Part shown: in pieces, positions 12,719-26,406 of the stretch
How positions within the stretch are numbered: the first letter of the stretch is position 1
Layout: every line of letters begins with the position of its first letter
NCBI GenBank assembly: GCA_964247055.1
Contig: OZ176053.1
Coordinates: forward strand, 11,656,001-11,720,000
Source: Paragordius varius
Taxonomy: Eukaryota > Animalia > Nematomorpha
DNA: 64,000 nt
Reading direction: 5' to 3'
Translations under genes and position numbers: made by a program
Notes under the pieces: generated by a model
The model's input: the letters and a program-made list of their open reading frames with translations, nothing else
Told to the model about the DNA's origin: nothing
Databases searched by the model: none

Positions 12719-15700
12719 TTATTGTGTGTTGTGTGTGTTTTTAGAAAAGCGTTCAAGAGCGTTGTTCGGTAAATTGGCCTTATTTTTGCTTCGAATCTTC
12801 TTGTTTTGTTTTACATCATTATTTATTTGTTTGATTTCTTGTAAATCGGCATCGATTTGGTCAACCAAATTAACATCTTGAAAGAATTCCTGATAAGAAA
12901 AAATGGCAAGTGTTATTATAAATATTTGTTTTGATAGGTAAAATTTTAAATATTTTTAATTTATAGCTTTTAACCCCAAAATTTGTATGAAGGACGTGTA
13001 TGAATGCGGTTGTTATAAAATTATATAAAATTAATTGCGTTTTTGGATTTTACAATCTCAATTCCCTATTTCCAAACATAAAAACCATAGATTTCGTCAA
13101 CATTATCAAATAAGAGTCTTATAATTTTAATGTTTTGTCTTTATAAATTTAGTTCTTAAAAAATGCGTTTTTATCAAAAAATGTACTTTAGTTTTTTCGA
13201 GTAGTATTTCTTGTTTACGAGCTGCAACTTTGGTGGCCGAGGTTTTCTTACCTTTTCGTTTTTTAATTCGTATATCAATGCGTCGCGGTTTAAGACTCTA
13301 TAATAAATATATTATACCATTCACAATTCAAATTCACCCTTAAACAATACCAATTCACCCTTAAACAATTTAAATTCACTCTTAAACAATTCAAATTCAC
13401 CCTCAAATAAAATGTGTGTTTTTTTAAGATTAAAAATTACCAATATTTTTATGTATTTGTAAAAAATAAAAATTTTGTTTTAAATTATGATAATACTGAA
13501 AAAATAATAGACTATAACATAAACATATATTTCATATTAATAATGAGTTATATGAGTTCGAAGATACATAATTTATTTTTAGGGTATATTTGAATTGTTC
13601 AAGGGTGAATTTGAACTGTAAATGGTATATATTACAAATTATTAAATATTATAAAGTAAAATATTAGCTACGTATTAATATTATAATATATATATTTTAT
13701 AACTTTTTGTGCAATCGATACTGCAATAAAATATTTTTTCAAGGAAATTAAAATATGGAATTTATTAATTAAAAATAATAAGCACTCAATTTATAATATT
13801 TAGCATTTGATGATAAATATTCAATAAGTAATGAATTTCGATAGTAAAAAGTATGTCGATTAATAAAAATTTTAAAACCTTAACGATTAAAAATTGTCAG
13901 CTAATCAATGTTTAATAATTTACCAATAATTGGTTGCGTTTTTCCAATTTTTCTTGGAGGGTTGGAACGTTTACTTTATTTATACTACCTGTTTCTAAAG
14001 TTATCAGTTCTGGTTGAATCTAAAACAACATTATGATAAAATGTTTAAACCATATATTCCAAAAACTTATTAAATAAAAAATTTTCACTAATAATTTTGT
14101 TTTTGACAAAAAACCTTCCGGATTACTCTAATACATCAAAAAAATATTCCTTTGTTTTTTGAAATATGTTAACAAAATAAAACTTTGCCAAGTAAGGCTT
14201 TGACTTCCGTTTCCCGCCTTTGAGATTTTGTTTGGAATGGATTAGCTTCAAAAGAATCAAAATTTGCCTCACCCGACCCTATAAAAATAGATAGGGCTTT
14301 AGTTACTCTGTATATATATATATATATATATAAATATATATATATATGTGTGTGTGTGTGTATGCGTATTGCTATAGTCGAGGTCAACTTTTGCAATTTA
14401 ATCTGATTGATATTAGGTATACCAAACAAACTCCATATGATTTCCAAATAATCAACAAATTTATTAAAAATACATTTTTATTAACATGATCTAAAATTAC
14501 GATATTAATTAGTAAAATTATTGATAAGTGTAGCACATGCACAAAAATCTAATATACGAGTGTAATTATATAAAAAATAGGGTAATAAAGTTTAATTATT
14601 TTTTAAATAAAAACTAAAATCATATCAAATATCTACGGAAAAATTATTAGTAGAAAAAAATAATTACCAGGCACAAGTATGGATGAAAACCCCTGAGAAT
14701 GACCTATACCTAATACGTCTTCGAACGGGCAAAATTGAAGAGATGTAACCTGATTATCATGTCCGTAACGAGGAATTCGGTAAATCAAATAGGGGGAAAA
14801 GGGATCATTTTTATCATTATTTTCCAATGACCAATTTGACCTTCGACCCATTTTATATATTGAATCCTTATAAATCTGTCAAAGGGGAAAGTTTTTGTGA
14901 ATAATTAAAAAAAAAGTAATTTTATGGCAAAATGTGCATATAATTATAAATTTTTAACTATTTATTATATTAGTAACTTATTAAAATATTTCGTGAGAAA
15001 AAAAATGTTCCCAATAAAATGCGAAAAATATAGTAAACATTATAATGGGCACAAAATAATTAAACGTTTAAAATTAATTATAGAGGGACAATTTTTCTAG
15101 TTTGAATTAAAGAGTTCTTTAATTTGGCAAATAAACCATGTTTCAAAGTACTTTTGTCATTTTCTATAATAAATTTTTAACTCACTAACCTCAACCTTTG
15201 ATCCTATTCCAACAGCTAATAATTGATTTTGGCTAAATGCAATTTTTTGAGCCGAATTTTCCAACTTAAATGTCTCTAAAATGGAATAATTTCTGAGGTC
15301 CCATAAATGAAGATTCCTATCAATATCTCCAGTAGCCATATATCTATAAAAAATAAAAATGCATACTATATATATATATATATATATATACATACACACT
15401 GTGTGTGCAAAAAATTTTAAACAAAAAATTTTTTTTTCATGAGAAAGCTTATAACCAGCCAATTTATTTGCCGCCGTATAATTTTTTATTTGTGTACGAC
15501 TTAATATTTGATATATTGAGAGAAAATCGAAATCGGCAAAAAGCGAAAATTATGAATAATACAAATAATAACGAAAAAAGTTGAGAATTATTATAATTTT
15601 AGGAGATATTTTCAATATATAAATAGCCTAAAATTATATAGTTAGGGCCTCTATAAAATCTCAATTCAAAAGAGGGCGGACAAATTTTTTTTATGTAACT

Positions 15701-18700
15701 ATAATAAAATAATTTTTTAATTATTCACTAACAAAATCACTATTAAAATTTTAACATTCTATTTTTTATTCAGCAAAAACCTTTATTAAAAAAATTAAAA
15801 ATATTGTTTTTTATTTTTTATATTATTGTCATATGGTTTGTAACGGTATAAAAAATTTACTGTTATATTCTGGAATAATCAATTTTGTACCTATTTTCGT
15901 ACACAAAAAGGGCATGGAAAAGCGACATATTTAACAATCAGAAGTCAAGAAATTGTGTCAATGCACAAAATGACCGCAAAATCAAATTTAAATCAAAAAC
16001 AAACTATAAAAAGTTAAACAGACAGACCTTCCTTTCGGATCAATGGCTATGGCAGTGATGGGACATTTATGACATAACATTCTAGCTAATGGTTTACATG
16101 CAGGAGAATTATTGTTGTTGATAGAGGACGAGTTATCTGAATTTTCAAGAGTTTTGTTACTAATTCTGTTGTGAGTAGCACAGTTTGGAGACCAGAACGT
16201 AACGCTCCCCACATGATCTCCAACAGCTATAACGGCATTTTGGACATTTTGTGTCATACAATTGATACGGCCAAGGCCTGTGTAAAGATTGGCAACTATG
16301 GTCCCAAGCGAAATATCCAAATACGTTAGAAAACCGCGTGAATTCTAGAGCATGGTTCATTTTAATTACACATCTTTCTTTTATCGGTCAAAATATTATA
16401 TATGTATAAAGTGCTTTATCACCAAATATGTATTCACACAAAATATATTACCATGTAGTATTGAACAAAGCGACACAGCGTAAATTTTAAGTATGATTTA
16501 TATATATATAAAGATTTAGATATACAAACCTGAACAATTGTTAATGGGTTATATGTAAAATTTGGAGAGATTGACAAACAAAACATATGTTCGACAGTAT
16601 GTACAATGAATTTAAAATATCAAGAGAATTTTAACAATAATTTAATGTTTTCGCACAAATTATTGTTTTGGTAAAAAATTAATTCTTTATGTTTATCTCT
16701 AAAGTTAAAGCCATTAAATAGGAAACTAGTTAAGTAATTTGACATTTTATCATAAAATCAGTTTTAAATTAAATTTAAAGATTTTAAAAAAATAATGAAA
16801 TTTAATCCCTCACGCCTGATGCCAAAAGGAAATGATATGGTAAAAACTCCATAGATTGCACATCATACAGCTTTTTAAGGCAATGTAATTCGGTCCCATT
16901 ATTGTCATATACATAAGTCCATTTCTTTTGTCCAACGGCCAACATATTTGCGGTATGTAACCATCTATCCATGCAAAAAACATTTATAAAACATTTCAAA
17001 AAATATATCATCCAAAATAAATAAAAATAATATGGGATAATATAAATTACACAGAAAATATATTTTTTTGGATAAAATGGTAGCAAGTTTTATTTCCATT
17101 ATTTCATTAATTTGTTATTTAAACAATAAAATATGCATACGAATGCCCTAGTGCCGTGATTTATAAGCCATTCAATAAATAATCTCTAATTATCCAGAAA
17201 AATTTCAAAGTTACCTGTCTCAAAGCCTTAAATGCGAAACTAATGTGGAAAATAAAAAATAGACCAATAAACCGAATATAAAATTATCGATTGCATTTAT
17301 TTTAATTTTTCATTTGAATCCGATTTTTCACGAAACATGAAGTATACCATTTACAGTTCAAACTCACCCTTAAAAAATTCAAATTCACCCTTCAATTCAA
17401 ATTTACCCTTGAACAATTCAAATTTACCCTTGAACAATTAAATACACCCTAAAAATGAATTATGTGTTTTCGAACTAATATAACTCATTATTAATATAAA
17501 ATATATCTTTATGGCATAATTTATTATTTTTTCAGTATTATTTTGATTTAAAACAAATTTTATTTTTTAAAAATATATTAAAATATAGCTAATTTTTAAT
17601 CTTAAAATACATGTTATTAATTTGAGGGTAAATTTGAATTGTTCGAGAATGAATTTGAATTGTTCAAGGGTGAATTTGAATTGTTCGAGGGTGAATTTGA
17701 ACTGTAAATAGTATATCATCGACTGACTCTACAGTGGCGCCAAAAAAACACATAATTTAAATAAAAGTATATAATATTAAATATTTATTTATTTACTTGA
17801 CGCAATTGATAGCTTCACCGACGTTAATTTCGAATTTCAATGCCTTAGTTTGCCATTCAATGCTAGCTAGGTGACCCCTTCGACCCCCTAAAAGTAATTC
17901 TCTCCCATTTCGGAAATAATCCATGGTGTAGGGTCCAAATTGCGGTAATTTCAAATTGAAATACTATTTTAGTTAGTACAATAAAAGTAAATAAACTATT
18001 GAATAAAACAAATAAATTTTGGCATTTGTACCGCTTATGAACGCCCTTAAGACAGTGATTGTGATAAACTCAAAAAGTACCCGTCAAATATGATAAAGAT
18101 CATCATGTTAAACATGAATATGGTAAAAAACTTAAAACTACTGTATATGTAAAATCGGTTTGAAATTATCAATGGTTATAAGTCAATTTAGATCTAAAAA
18201 TGTTAGAGTCTTACAATTATAAAGCTAAAACTGCTTTTAATTAAAATATATTGGTAGTTGTGGAATTAATTGACTGGTTAACGATATAGATTGCATTATA
18301 ATAGTGTTAGAAAACCACTCCTAATAAGAAAAAATAAATTTCATATAAAAAAGATTGTATATATGCAATAAAAGCACTTGTCATCTTTGAGTCAACAGAA
18401 ATTTGGGTAAATAAATTATAAACATAGGCGTCATAAAATTTAATTATTTTTCAAACATCTTATTGATACAATGGTGATCATATTAACCAATTTTATTTTT
18501 AATAAATATTTTTGGTATATAATCGGTAGTTTAGAGTAAATAAAATTAAATTGATAAATCACATATTTTGATTAATCATCCGTAGTTGTTGTTATCCCGT
18601 GTTTAACTTATAAATTAATTTTCAAAAATTTTATTGAAAAAGCAAAGTTAGTTATAAAGTTGCAGTCAGAAAGATTAATAAATTTATAATAATTATAAAC

Positions 18701-19064
18701 GTCATACCTTTGTTGCGGAAAGAACATCAACGTTTTTGATTATCTCTTGCTGAGATAATTCGTATGTATGTTCTGAGGGATCATCTAATTCAATGTACCT
18801 TAAAATATAATTTATAAAGCAATACCCCGGTGTTTCGGTTAGAAGGATTTCAGATTTGTCATATGTGTCATTTATATTTTTGATATTGTGTTCCCGTTGT
18901 TTTTCAAACCGACGATTGTATTTAGAACGGCTATGAAAATGTTCAATTAAATTTTTTCCTCTGCTGTAGTTTTTGGATTTAATAGTTTTTTCACGTTTAC
19001 TATCAGTTGGTTGATTTTCAGTTTTATTCTCAAAATATCTGACAGTAGTGCTTGACTGAAGCAT
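12719..19064 (-). CDS. WDR46: WD-repeat U3 snoRNP protein UTP7/WDR46
   Basis: 11 phase-consistent exons: 19064-18826, 18798-18708, 17963-17797, 16964-16814, 16344-16028, 15343-15190, 14875-14668, 14278-14184, 14019-13924, 13297-13187, 12889-12719. Diagnostic motifs: [64 protein letters not shown]. Confidence 0.95.
13313..13629. mobile_element. MITE family with TATACCATTTACAG termini and ~21-bp subterminal aattcaaattcacccttgaac repeats (intron of WDR46)
   Basis: TIRs tataccattcacaattcaaattcaccc ... gggtgaatttgaactgtaaatggtata; the interior is the reverse complement of the 17343-17715 copy. Confidence 0.8.
17343..17715. mobile_element. Second copy of the TATACCATTTACAG MITE (opposite orientation, more subterminal repeats)
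   Basis: tataccatttacagttcaaactcaccc ... gggtgaatttgaactgtaaatagtata. Further copies or fragments at ~38120-38970, ~49986-50155, 57295-57554 and ~62238-62497. Confidence 0.8.
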
Positions 19065-19092
19065 GTTTTATACGCATGGGATATATCAATGA

Positions 19093-22000
19093 ATGGGAAA
19101 TGAACAGTCCGATCAAGTTTTATATTTTTAATAGAAAAGACCAATTTGAAACTTTATAAGTCAAAAAGTTTGGGAAATCTTTCCATTTACAATGGACCCT
19201 TATTCCAATTCTCAAATATGTTTAGGAATAATGATTGGATCATTCAACTTTTTTTGCCAATCTTCCCGTTTGTGGAATACCAAAAATTTTATAAAGTAAT
19301 TTGATTTTAACTAGTGAATTAAATATAGATAACAAAAATTGGGAACGGAGCCTTTGGTAAAGTATATAAAGTCAAAAAAAATGGGGATGTTAAAATTTAT
19401 GCCCTAAAAATAATTAAAAAGATATTAGTGATTGAGAATGATGCTGTTGAACAATGTAAAGATGAGGCTTACATCCAATTTATGTATGGTAACTTCCATC
19501 CATTTATATTGGAAGCTAATATGATATGGCAAAATCTCGATCATCTTTTTTTGGGTATGAACATATTAAATTTTATTACCTTTTGAGGTATTAATAAAAA
19601 CAATGATATTTATCAAATTTATACAATGCTATAATTATATATCGTTGACACTGCTTATATATATTAATTGCTTTAAATACTTATATCTATAATTCCGTTT
19701 TTTAAAATTATAATTACTGTAAAAAAAACTATTTAAAGCTAGCCAATACCTGGAAAACGGAGAATTACATTACTTATGGGCCAAACACAAATATTTTGGA
19801 GAAAACTTAGTAAAAATTTACGTTGCTGAAATATCATCTGCCCTAGGTTTAACGTATAAAATTATTATCAGACTTTTTACACCAATCTGGGATAATTTAC
19901 AGAGATGTTAAACTTGAAAACTTATTATTGGATCAAAAAGGTTTAATTACCATTGTAATGTGCAGGTCATATACGGCTGACAGATTTCGGTCTTTCTAAA
20001 TGGTTAAACTATGGTGAAAGGACACAAACCATATGTGGAACTTTAGTTTACATGGGTATTTAGAATACTAATATATAAAATACCAAATATTTGCATATTT
20101 CGTTTTTCAATAAATGGTCCTCCTCCTTACTTAACACATGAATCGAATCTCCTAAAAAAATTTAAATTTATCATTGTCAAAAGTCAATATTTAAATTAAC
20201 AGCTTTGCATGGGAAGCATTTTTTTCCAAATTAATATAATTTTCATATGAGTTTAGTTTGCGAAGAATGTTGTTTTGGATACGAATTCAGTCACTTAGTA
20301 ATAAGTTAAAAATAAGAATATTTTTTAATAATATAGTCGGATTTTTTTTACAAAAAATATATTTAAAGCAAATTTTGATTTATGAATAAAAATTATATAT
20401 AAAATCAGAAAAGACGTTGTATATTATTACAAGTGAATGATGTAAATAATTCGTTTTAATGGGCTTACGTTTGGGTTTATCTATCTATATTTTATATTTT
20501 TTTATAAAGAATAACTTTTTGACCTGTTAAGATACACTGTACCAAATTATTTAACTGCTCCGAATATATTTAAATAGGATAAATATTTTTTACTATAATC
20601 TAAAAATGTTCAATTTTTGACTACGAAATTTTAAATTCTAATAGCTCCAGAAATAGCAAATGAAATCCCATATGACCATAAGGCTGATTGGTGGTCACTG
20701 GGTATAGTTATGTATGCAATGCTATTTGGAAAGGTATATATTACATTAATTTAATTTAAATAGAAGATAATATAAATATAAATTATTTTTTGACAAAAAT
20801 AATATTATATAATATATTTGCGATGTAATAACTAGGGTTGTGCTGACTAAGTCATGACCAGGTCAGTGGCTATTTATTTTTTGACCATGGTCATTAAAAA
20901 GACAGCTGTTTTTGGAAAATTGCTAGTTTCTTTTTTGGAAGAGATAGTAGGATTTTATTGTTTTTATATATATTTTAAATAAAAAAAAATAAATTAAATA
21001 TTTAAATATATAAAATAATCGATATTTAAATAGGCTCTATTAAAAATATATTAAAACTTGTTAAACATGGATTCTTATAACATTAGCATCAAGCATGATC
21101 CAGTGTGTAAAATTGTTTGGAAAAACAAAACATAAAACAAACTAGATAAAGTTTTATTTAAAACCAGTATTAAAAGCTATTTATATGATGATTCAATAAG
21201 CTACAAATTGGCTAAATTTATACTACATATGCTTTAATATTATTGAAAACAAAATTCTATTTTAATTTGATTGAAATATTTGTTTATAATAAATAATAAA
21301 TGTTTAAATATTTAAACTTATTAGGCAAATTCGTGACATTATTAGTAAAACGCACGTGTCATTTGAGCATTATTTTGATAATCTCCAATATCGCATGATA
21401 AACTTAAATATTTTTTCAGTTTTTTATAGTTTTATAATAATTGATAACAAATTTTTAAAAAGTGGTCATGACTATGATTATGACCATGGTTTCACTGGGT
21501 CTGAACGGACTTTTATAAAAAAGCAGTCAAATGCACAACCCTAATTATAACATTAATATTTTGCAAATTTCGTCGATATTTAACTAACCACGAATCATAA
21601 TTATTTTTTCTACAAAAGAATACATTAACAACCGTCAGATATACCTTTAGTTAGCTTATGAAACCAATATTTTAGTTCCCTTTGTATGGTATGCAAGATC
21701 ATCTTGAAATGAAATCCATGATAAATTTCACAAATATGTATGATCATGCAAATTTTCCAACATTCCCCGTTTGTAGTGTCGAAGCTAAAGATCTTATACA
21801 TCAGGTATTAAAAAAAACAAAAATTGGAGTTTTTTTATAACATTACCCATATTTTTTGCATAAATTATCATTAAATTTAGTTGCTTCTAGTGGATGAATC
21901 CAAACGTTTGTGCACTGCATTTCAGATATTTGAACATCCTTTCATAAAATCTGTTACTGCCATTTTGAATGAAAAATATTATGGAAAAAACTTAAATAAT

Positions 22001-25000
22001 CAAACACTTTTGTCTTTTGATAATATGGAACAATGGCTTGATCATTCCATATGGGATTTTTATCAGCATAAATCAAATAATATGACAACAACCCCAAATA
22101 ATGCTTACGAAAACGATATTATAGAGAATGGAAACATTTTAACTAACACCACTAAAAAGTACGTGGAAAGGCAGTTAAATACCTTCAATAATTACTCATT
22201 TAGCGCTTTGTGGAGTTATTATAATTAGACTGTTGTTTATAGTAATTTATCATGTACTCTTAAGTATTTATTGCATATATGTATTATATTGATAAAAATT
22301 TTTTTATAACAATTTTATATTTTTCGTTATATTCGTTTTGTTTAGTTTTAAATACAAATCGATTGCGCTAGAAACACAAGATAATATTAACATATCAATG
22401 AATCAGTTTTCCAAATGTGAAAACACGCATCAGAATCAAAATGTGGGAAAAAACGATATTATAAAGTCTGTTCCCACAAGGCATAATCCACGTCGAAATA
22501 AAGGCCGAAAATTGCATCCTCACAACGTGTACACAAATTTATACTTGCAAAATAAAAAATTTGAAAGTATATATGGTATGCCCTCAAACAACGCTCCATA
22601 TTTAAATGATTACCCTGAATTATCTCCCGTAAGTAGATTTTAGGATCATAAATATATACGAAAAATATTTGCATACGTAAATTGATGAGATTTAAATCAA
22701 CAACTAATCAAGCTCGTTGAAACGATGATATGTTGAATTATTTTTTGGAATGTTAAACTTACTCATTTATTGTAATATATACAGATTAATTTTTAGAATC
22801 TAAAATTCAAAATATTTTGACTTTGTTGTTGTTGTTGTTGAGCTTGTAGTCGGTTATCGACCATGAGCGATTTTGTAGGGAAACTTCCTCCATTCGGTTC
22901 TGTCGTGGGCTTTTTGAGATAGTTTTTGCAGTGACAATTTGGAAAGTGATAAGATTTCGTCTATCCAGCGAATACGTCTTCGACCTCTTTCTCTCTTACC
23001 ATTTACTTTTCCTAACATAATATCCTTTTCCAAAGAATTGCCCCGAATAATGTGTCCAAAAACCGAATTTTTGTTTTATTATTTTACCCCGAAGCGTTGT
23101 TTGTGCGTTAATTTTATTTACAATATCGATATTCTTTATTTTGTCCTTCCATGTTATACCAAGTATCTTTCTCCAGCAAAACATTTCAAACGCGTTTATT
23201 CTTTTTTCGTCTTCACTTTTGATAGTCCAGCTTTCACACCCGTATAACATGATAGGAAAGATTAATGCATTTACTAGTCGGATTTTTGTTTTAAGGGTTA
23301 TGTCATGAGATTTCCATAACTTGTAGTGTGAGGATAGAGCGCATTTGGCGATAGCTATGCGTCTTCTTATTTCTTGGGAACTTAAGTTGTTGATAATGCT
23401 TCCAAGGTATGTGTATTCGTTGACTACTTGAATTGTTTCGCCATTAATCCGAAGCGAGTCATAGGAATGAGGGGAGTTGATATGTAAAATTTTAGTTTTG
23501 TTGAGGTTTAATGTAAGATTGTATTTTTTGCACACATTTATAAAAGTTCGGAGACTGTTTTCGAGGTTTGTTTGTGAATTTGCTAAGATAACCGTGTCGT
23601 CTGCGTAGTGGAGAGTCGTCAGAGTGTGACCCCCTACTTTTATTCCTGGCAGATTTAGATCCCTCATGATACATTCCAAATATATGTTGAACAACATGGG
23701 GGATAAAAGGCAGCCTTGACGCAGACCTATGTTCATTGGGCTCCAAGAGGTTGGGCCATGCGGGGTGTTAAGTGATAGGTAGGAGTTAGAGTATATGGAT
23801 TTAATTAGTTTGATTAAGTGATCGGAAACTCCTATTTGTTTAAGGGCCTTCCAGAGAATGTCATGTTGAACGGTATCAAAGGCTTTAGAAAAATCCACGA
23901 AACATAGGTGTAGCTCATTTTGGAATTCACAGTTTTTTTCCATTATCCATCTAAGGTTTGAGATCATGTCTCGGCATCCTCTTTTTTCTCTAAAGCCTGC
24001 CTGTGTCATTGATATTTCCGGTTTGACATATGTTTGTAGACGGTTTTGTATTATTTTTAAGAAAACTTTTGAGGTTTGATTGATCAAAGCTATTGTACGG
24101 TAATTTTCACATAGTTTAGGATCACCCTTTTTGAATATAAGGACCACTAGTGATTTGTTCCAGTCCGTCGGGAATGTCGCCTCATTGAAAATTTTTTGAA
24201 ATAACGAAAGAATTAATTTTATGGGAATGTGCCTTTGTAACTCGGTAGGGATATCATTGAATCCTTCTGCTTTGCCGGTTGATGAATGCTTCAGGGCCCA
24301 TTCAATTTCTTCTTTTAGTATAGGAGGGTCATAAGTTTGTTCAGAGTTCATGGCAGTTATATTTGATTGTTTTGAGAATAAATTTTGGATGTATTCTTCC
24401 CAGAGTTTAATTACTCCTTTTTTATCGGTTAGAAGTTTTCCGTTTGAATGAGACATAGGACCTTTGTATATTTGTTTTTTGCGCGGTTGAATGTCTTTAA
24501 TATAAGAGAAATAGTTGTGATTAAATTTAGCAGCTTGCTCGAGGTTAGCGCAGATTGTATTATAATGAGATTCTTTGTCAAATCTTATGCTTTTTTGTAG
24601 TTCATTAGTAATATTTTTGTACTCAAGGGGAGTGACCTTGGATTTTGCTACTCTTCTCTGTTCAATTAGGTCGATGCTTTGTTGTGATATGGTGAATTTT
24701 TTGTTTTTTGTTGTGGCAGGCGGTATATATTCTTTAGCTGTTTCGATGGTAATTTTGTGAATAGTAGACCAAAGATCATCTGTGTTCAATGTTTCGTATT
24801 TTAGGGATTCAAATTTATTGTTAAGGATTGGAGTAAAATCGGCAGGTATAAGTTTGTAGTTCAATTTAGTTTTGGAAAAGTTTTTTTGCGGCTGAGGAAG
24901 TTGTAGCTTTATTTTGATCTTGGCCATTAATAGGTTATGATCTGAGTTGCAGTCTGCACTCGAGTAGCACCGGATGTTTTGAAATGAGCTTTTGTATTTT

Positions 25001-26406
25001 TGCATTCCCAATATGTAATCTATTTGATTCCTGTGTTTACGACACGGTGAGGTCCAGGTGTAGAGCCGTCTGTTAGGTTGTGTGAAAAACGAGTTCGCTA
25101 TAAAGAGATTGTTTTGTTGGCAAAAATCAATTAGCCTTTCACCACGGGGGTTTTTCACTTTACCAAGGCCTTTTCCACCAGTGACCTTGTCTGTTTTATC
25201 GTTAGCTATGATAGCGTTAAAATCGCCGATGATGAATGTTATGTCTTTCTTGGATGTTTCACAAAGAGTAATTTGTAACTCATTATAGAACTTTTCGCAT
25301 TCGACTTCGGGTGAGACACTCGTGGGGGCATAGATTTGATATATTGTTATAGCCTGGGGTCTCGAGTTATTTCGTAGGGATATAATTCGATCGGAGATAG
25401 GTCTATATATTGGTATGTTTGGCGAGATAATTCGATATTAAGACACCGCATCCATTTCGTTTGAGCTCACCGCCTGAGTTATAAAACAAGTAATTGTCGT
25501 ATATTTTGTGTGAGTTTTGTTGCATATGACTATCCGACAGCCCTAACACATGGATTTTTAAACGTTTCATCTCGCGAATTATTATATCCAATTTGTTATC
25601 TGAACTGCCAAGTATATTCCATGTCGCCATATTTATTGGTAAATTACGGGAGCTCATTTTAGAGTTATTGCTTTCCATGTAGGAATTTGGCTTAGTGGTG
25701 GTGTACTGAGATATAAGAATCAATAGAAAGAATCAGTATGATATGTCCACTGATGTTTAAGGATGGTTTTTAGGAAATAATATAATTGTTGGGCACAAAA
25801 AACTGTCGATGAAAATTTTGGAGTTGTATGTTCTGGAGAATAATTCATGTGTGCTTGTAATTCTGAATGATAGAATTTCTTACGAATGATAAAACTGACT
25901 ATGATTGATGAAGATATAAGATAGAGTCCATTTATCACCGAATGTAAACAAGATTTCCTATAATATTAAAAAGTATACGCATCTCGGGAGTGAACATACA
26001 AAGTTCTTCTCCGCGCCTTTTAACATAAATAGTTAATGAATTTTATCACAGTTACAATGTAAAAGGTCAAAATTTTGATCAAATCTATTCAATTTAAATA
26101 AAATATATTGTTTAATTTCAAAGAATTAAAAATAAATACAAATATGATTTTTGAATATTGGACTTAATTATCATATTTTTATATTAGTTTTTTTTAATTT
26201 AGTTAGATTAGCTTTTATCGAAAAAATGTGATTTCTAAAAATTGTGAGTTTTTGGCGTTTTGCTCAGATACCCAAAATAGTCTACATCTTTCATTTTTTA
26301 ACCAATTTTAATTTTAAATATTATATTTTGTTATTTATAAACTTTTTTGCATTAGAATGACGAATTTCATGGATTTGATTATGTTAGTGCTGATATATAC
26401 ATTTGA
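19093..26406 (+). CDS. RSKR: RSKR/SGK494-like AGC serine/threonine kinase
   Basis: Exons: 19093-19116 (tentative, MGNEQSDQ), 19140-19295 (W..QLFLPIFP, cf. SGK494 W..ALFLPEFP), 19329-19554 ([17 protein letters not shown]), 19739-19846, 19872-19940 (YRDVKLEN), 19966-20055 (TDFG, TICGT), 20645-20733 (APE, DWWSLG), 21676-21804, 21881-22158, 22346-22628, 26356-26406 ([10 protein letters not shown]-stop). The kinase call is firm; orthology and the first exon are less certain. Confidence 0.8.
22823..25740 (-). mobile_element. RTE-clade LINE, near full length (APE + RT), two frameshifts
   Basis: APE motifs ATWN, IYAPT, GDFNA, NQIDYI, SDH; RT motifs [30 protein letters not shown]; C-terminal [10 protein letters not shown] ending at stop 22854-22856; (CAA)6 3' tail at 22823-22840. 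Frameshifts near 25405 and 23065. 5' end approximate; no TSD identified. Confidence 0.92.

Noticed and set aside
13320-13410. Regularly spaced ~21-bp repeats resembling a CRISPR array
   Set aside because: No unique spacers; these are subterminal repeats of a eukaryotic MITE.
22939-25288. Plus-strand ORFs over the LINE, and antisense ORFs within PICK1 and the second RTE
   Set aside because: Shadow frames of real coding sequence on the other strand.
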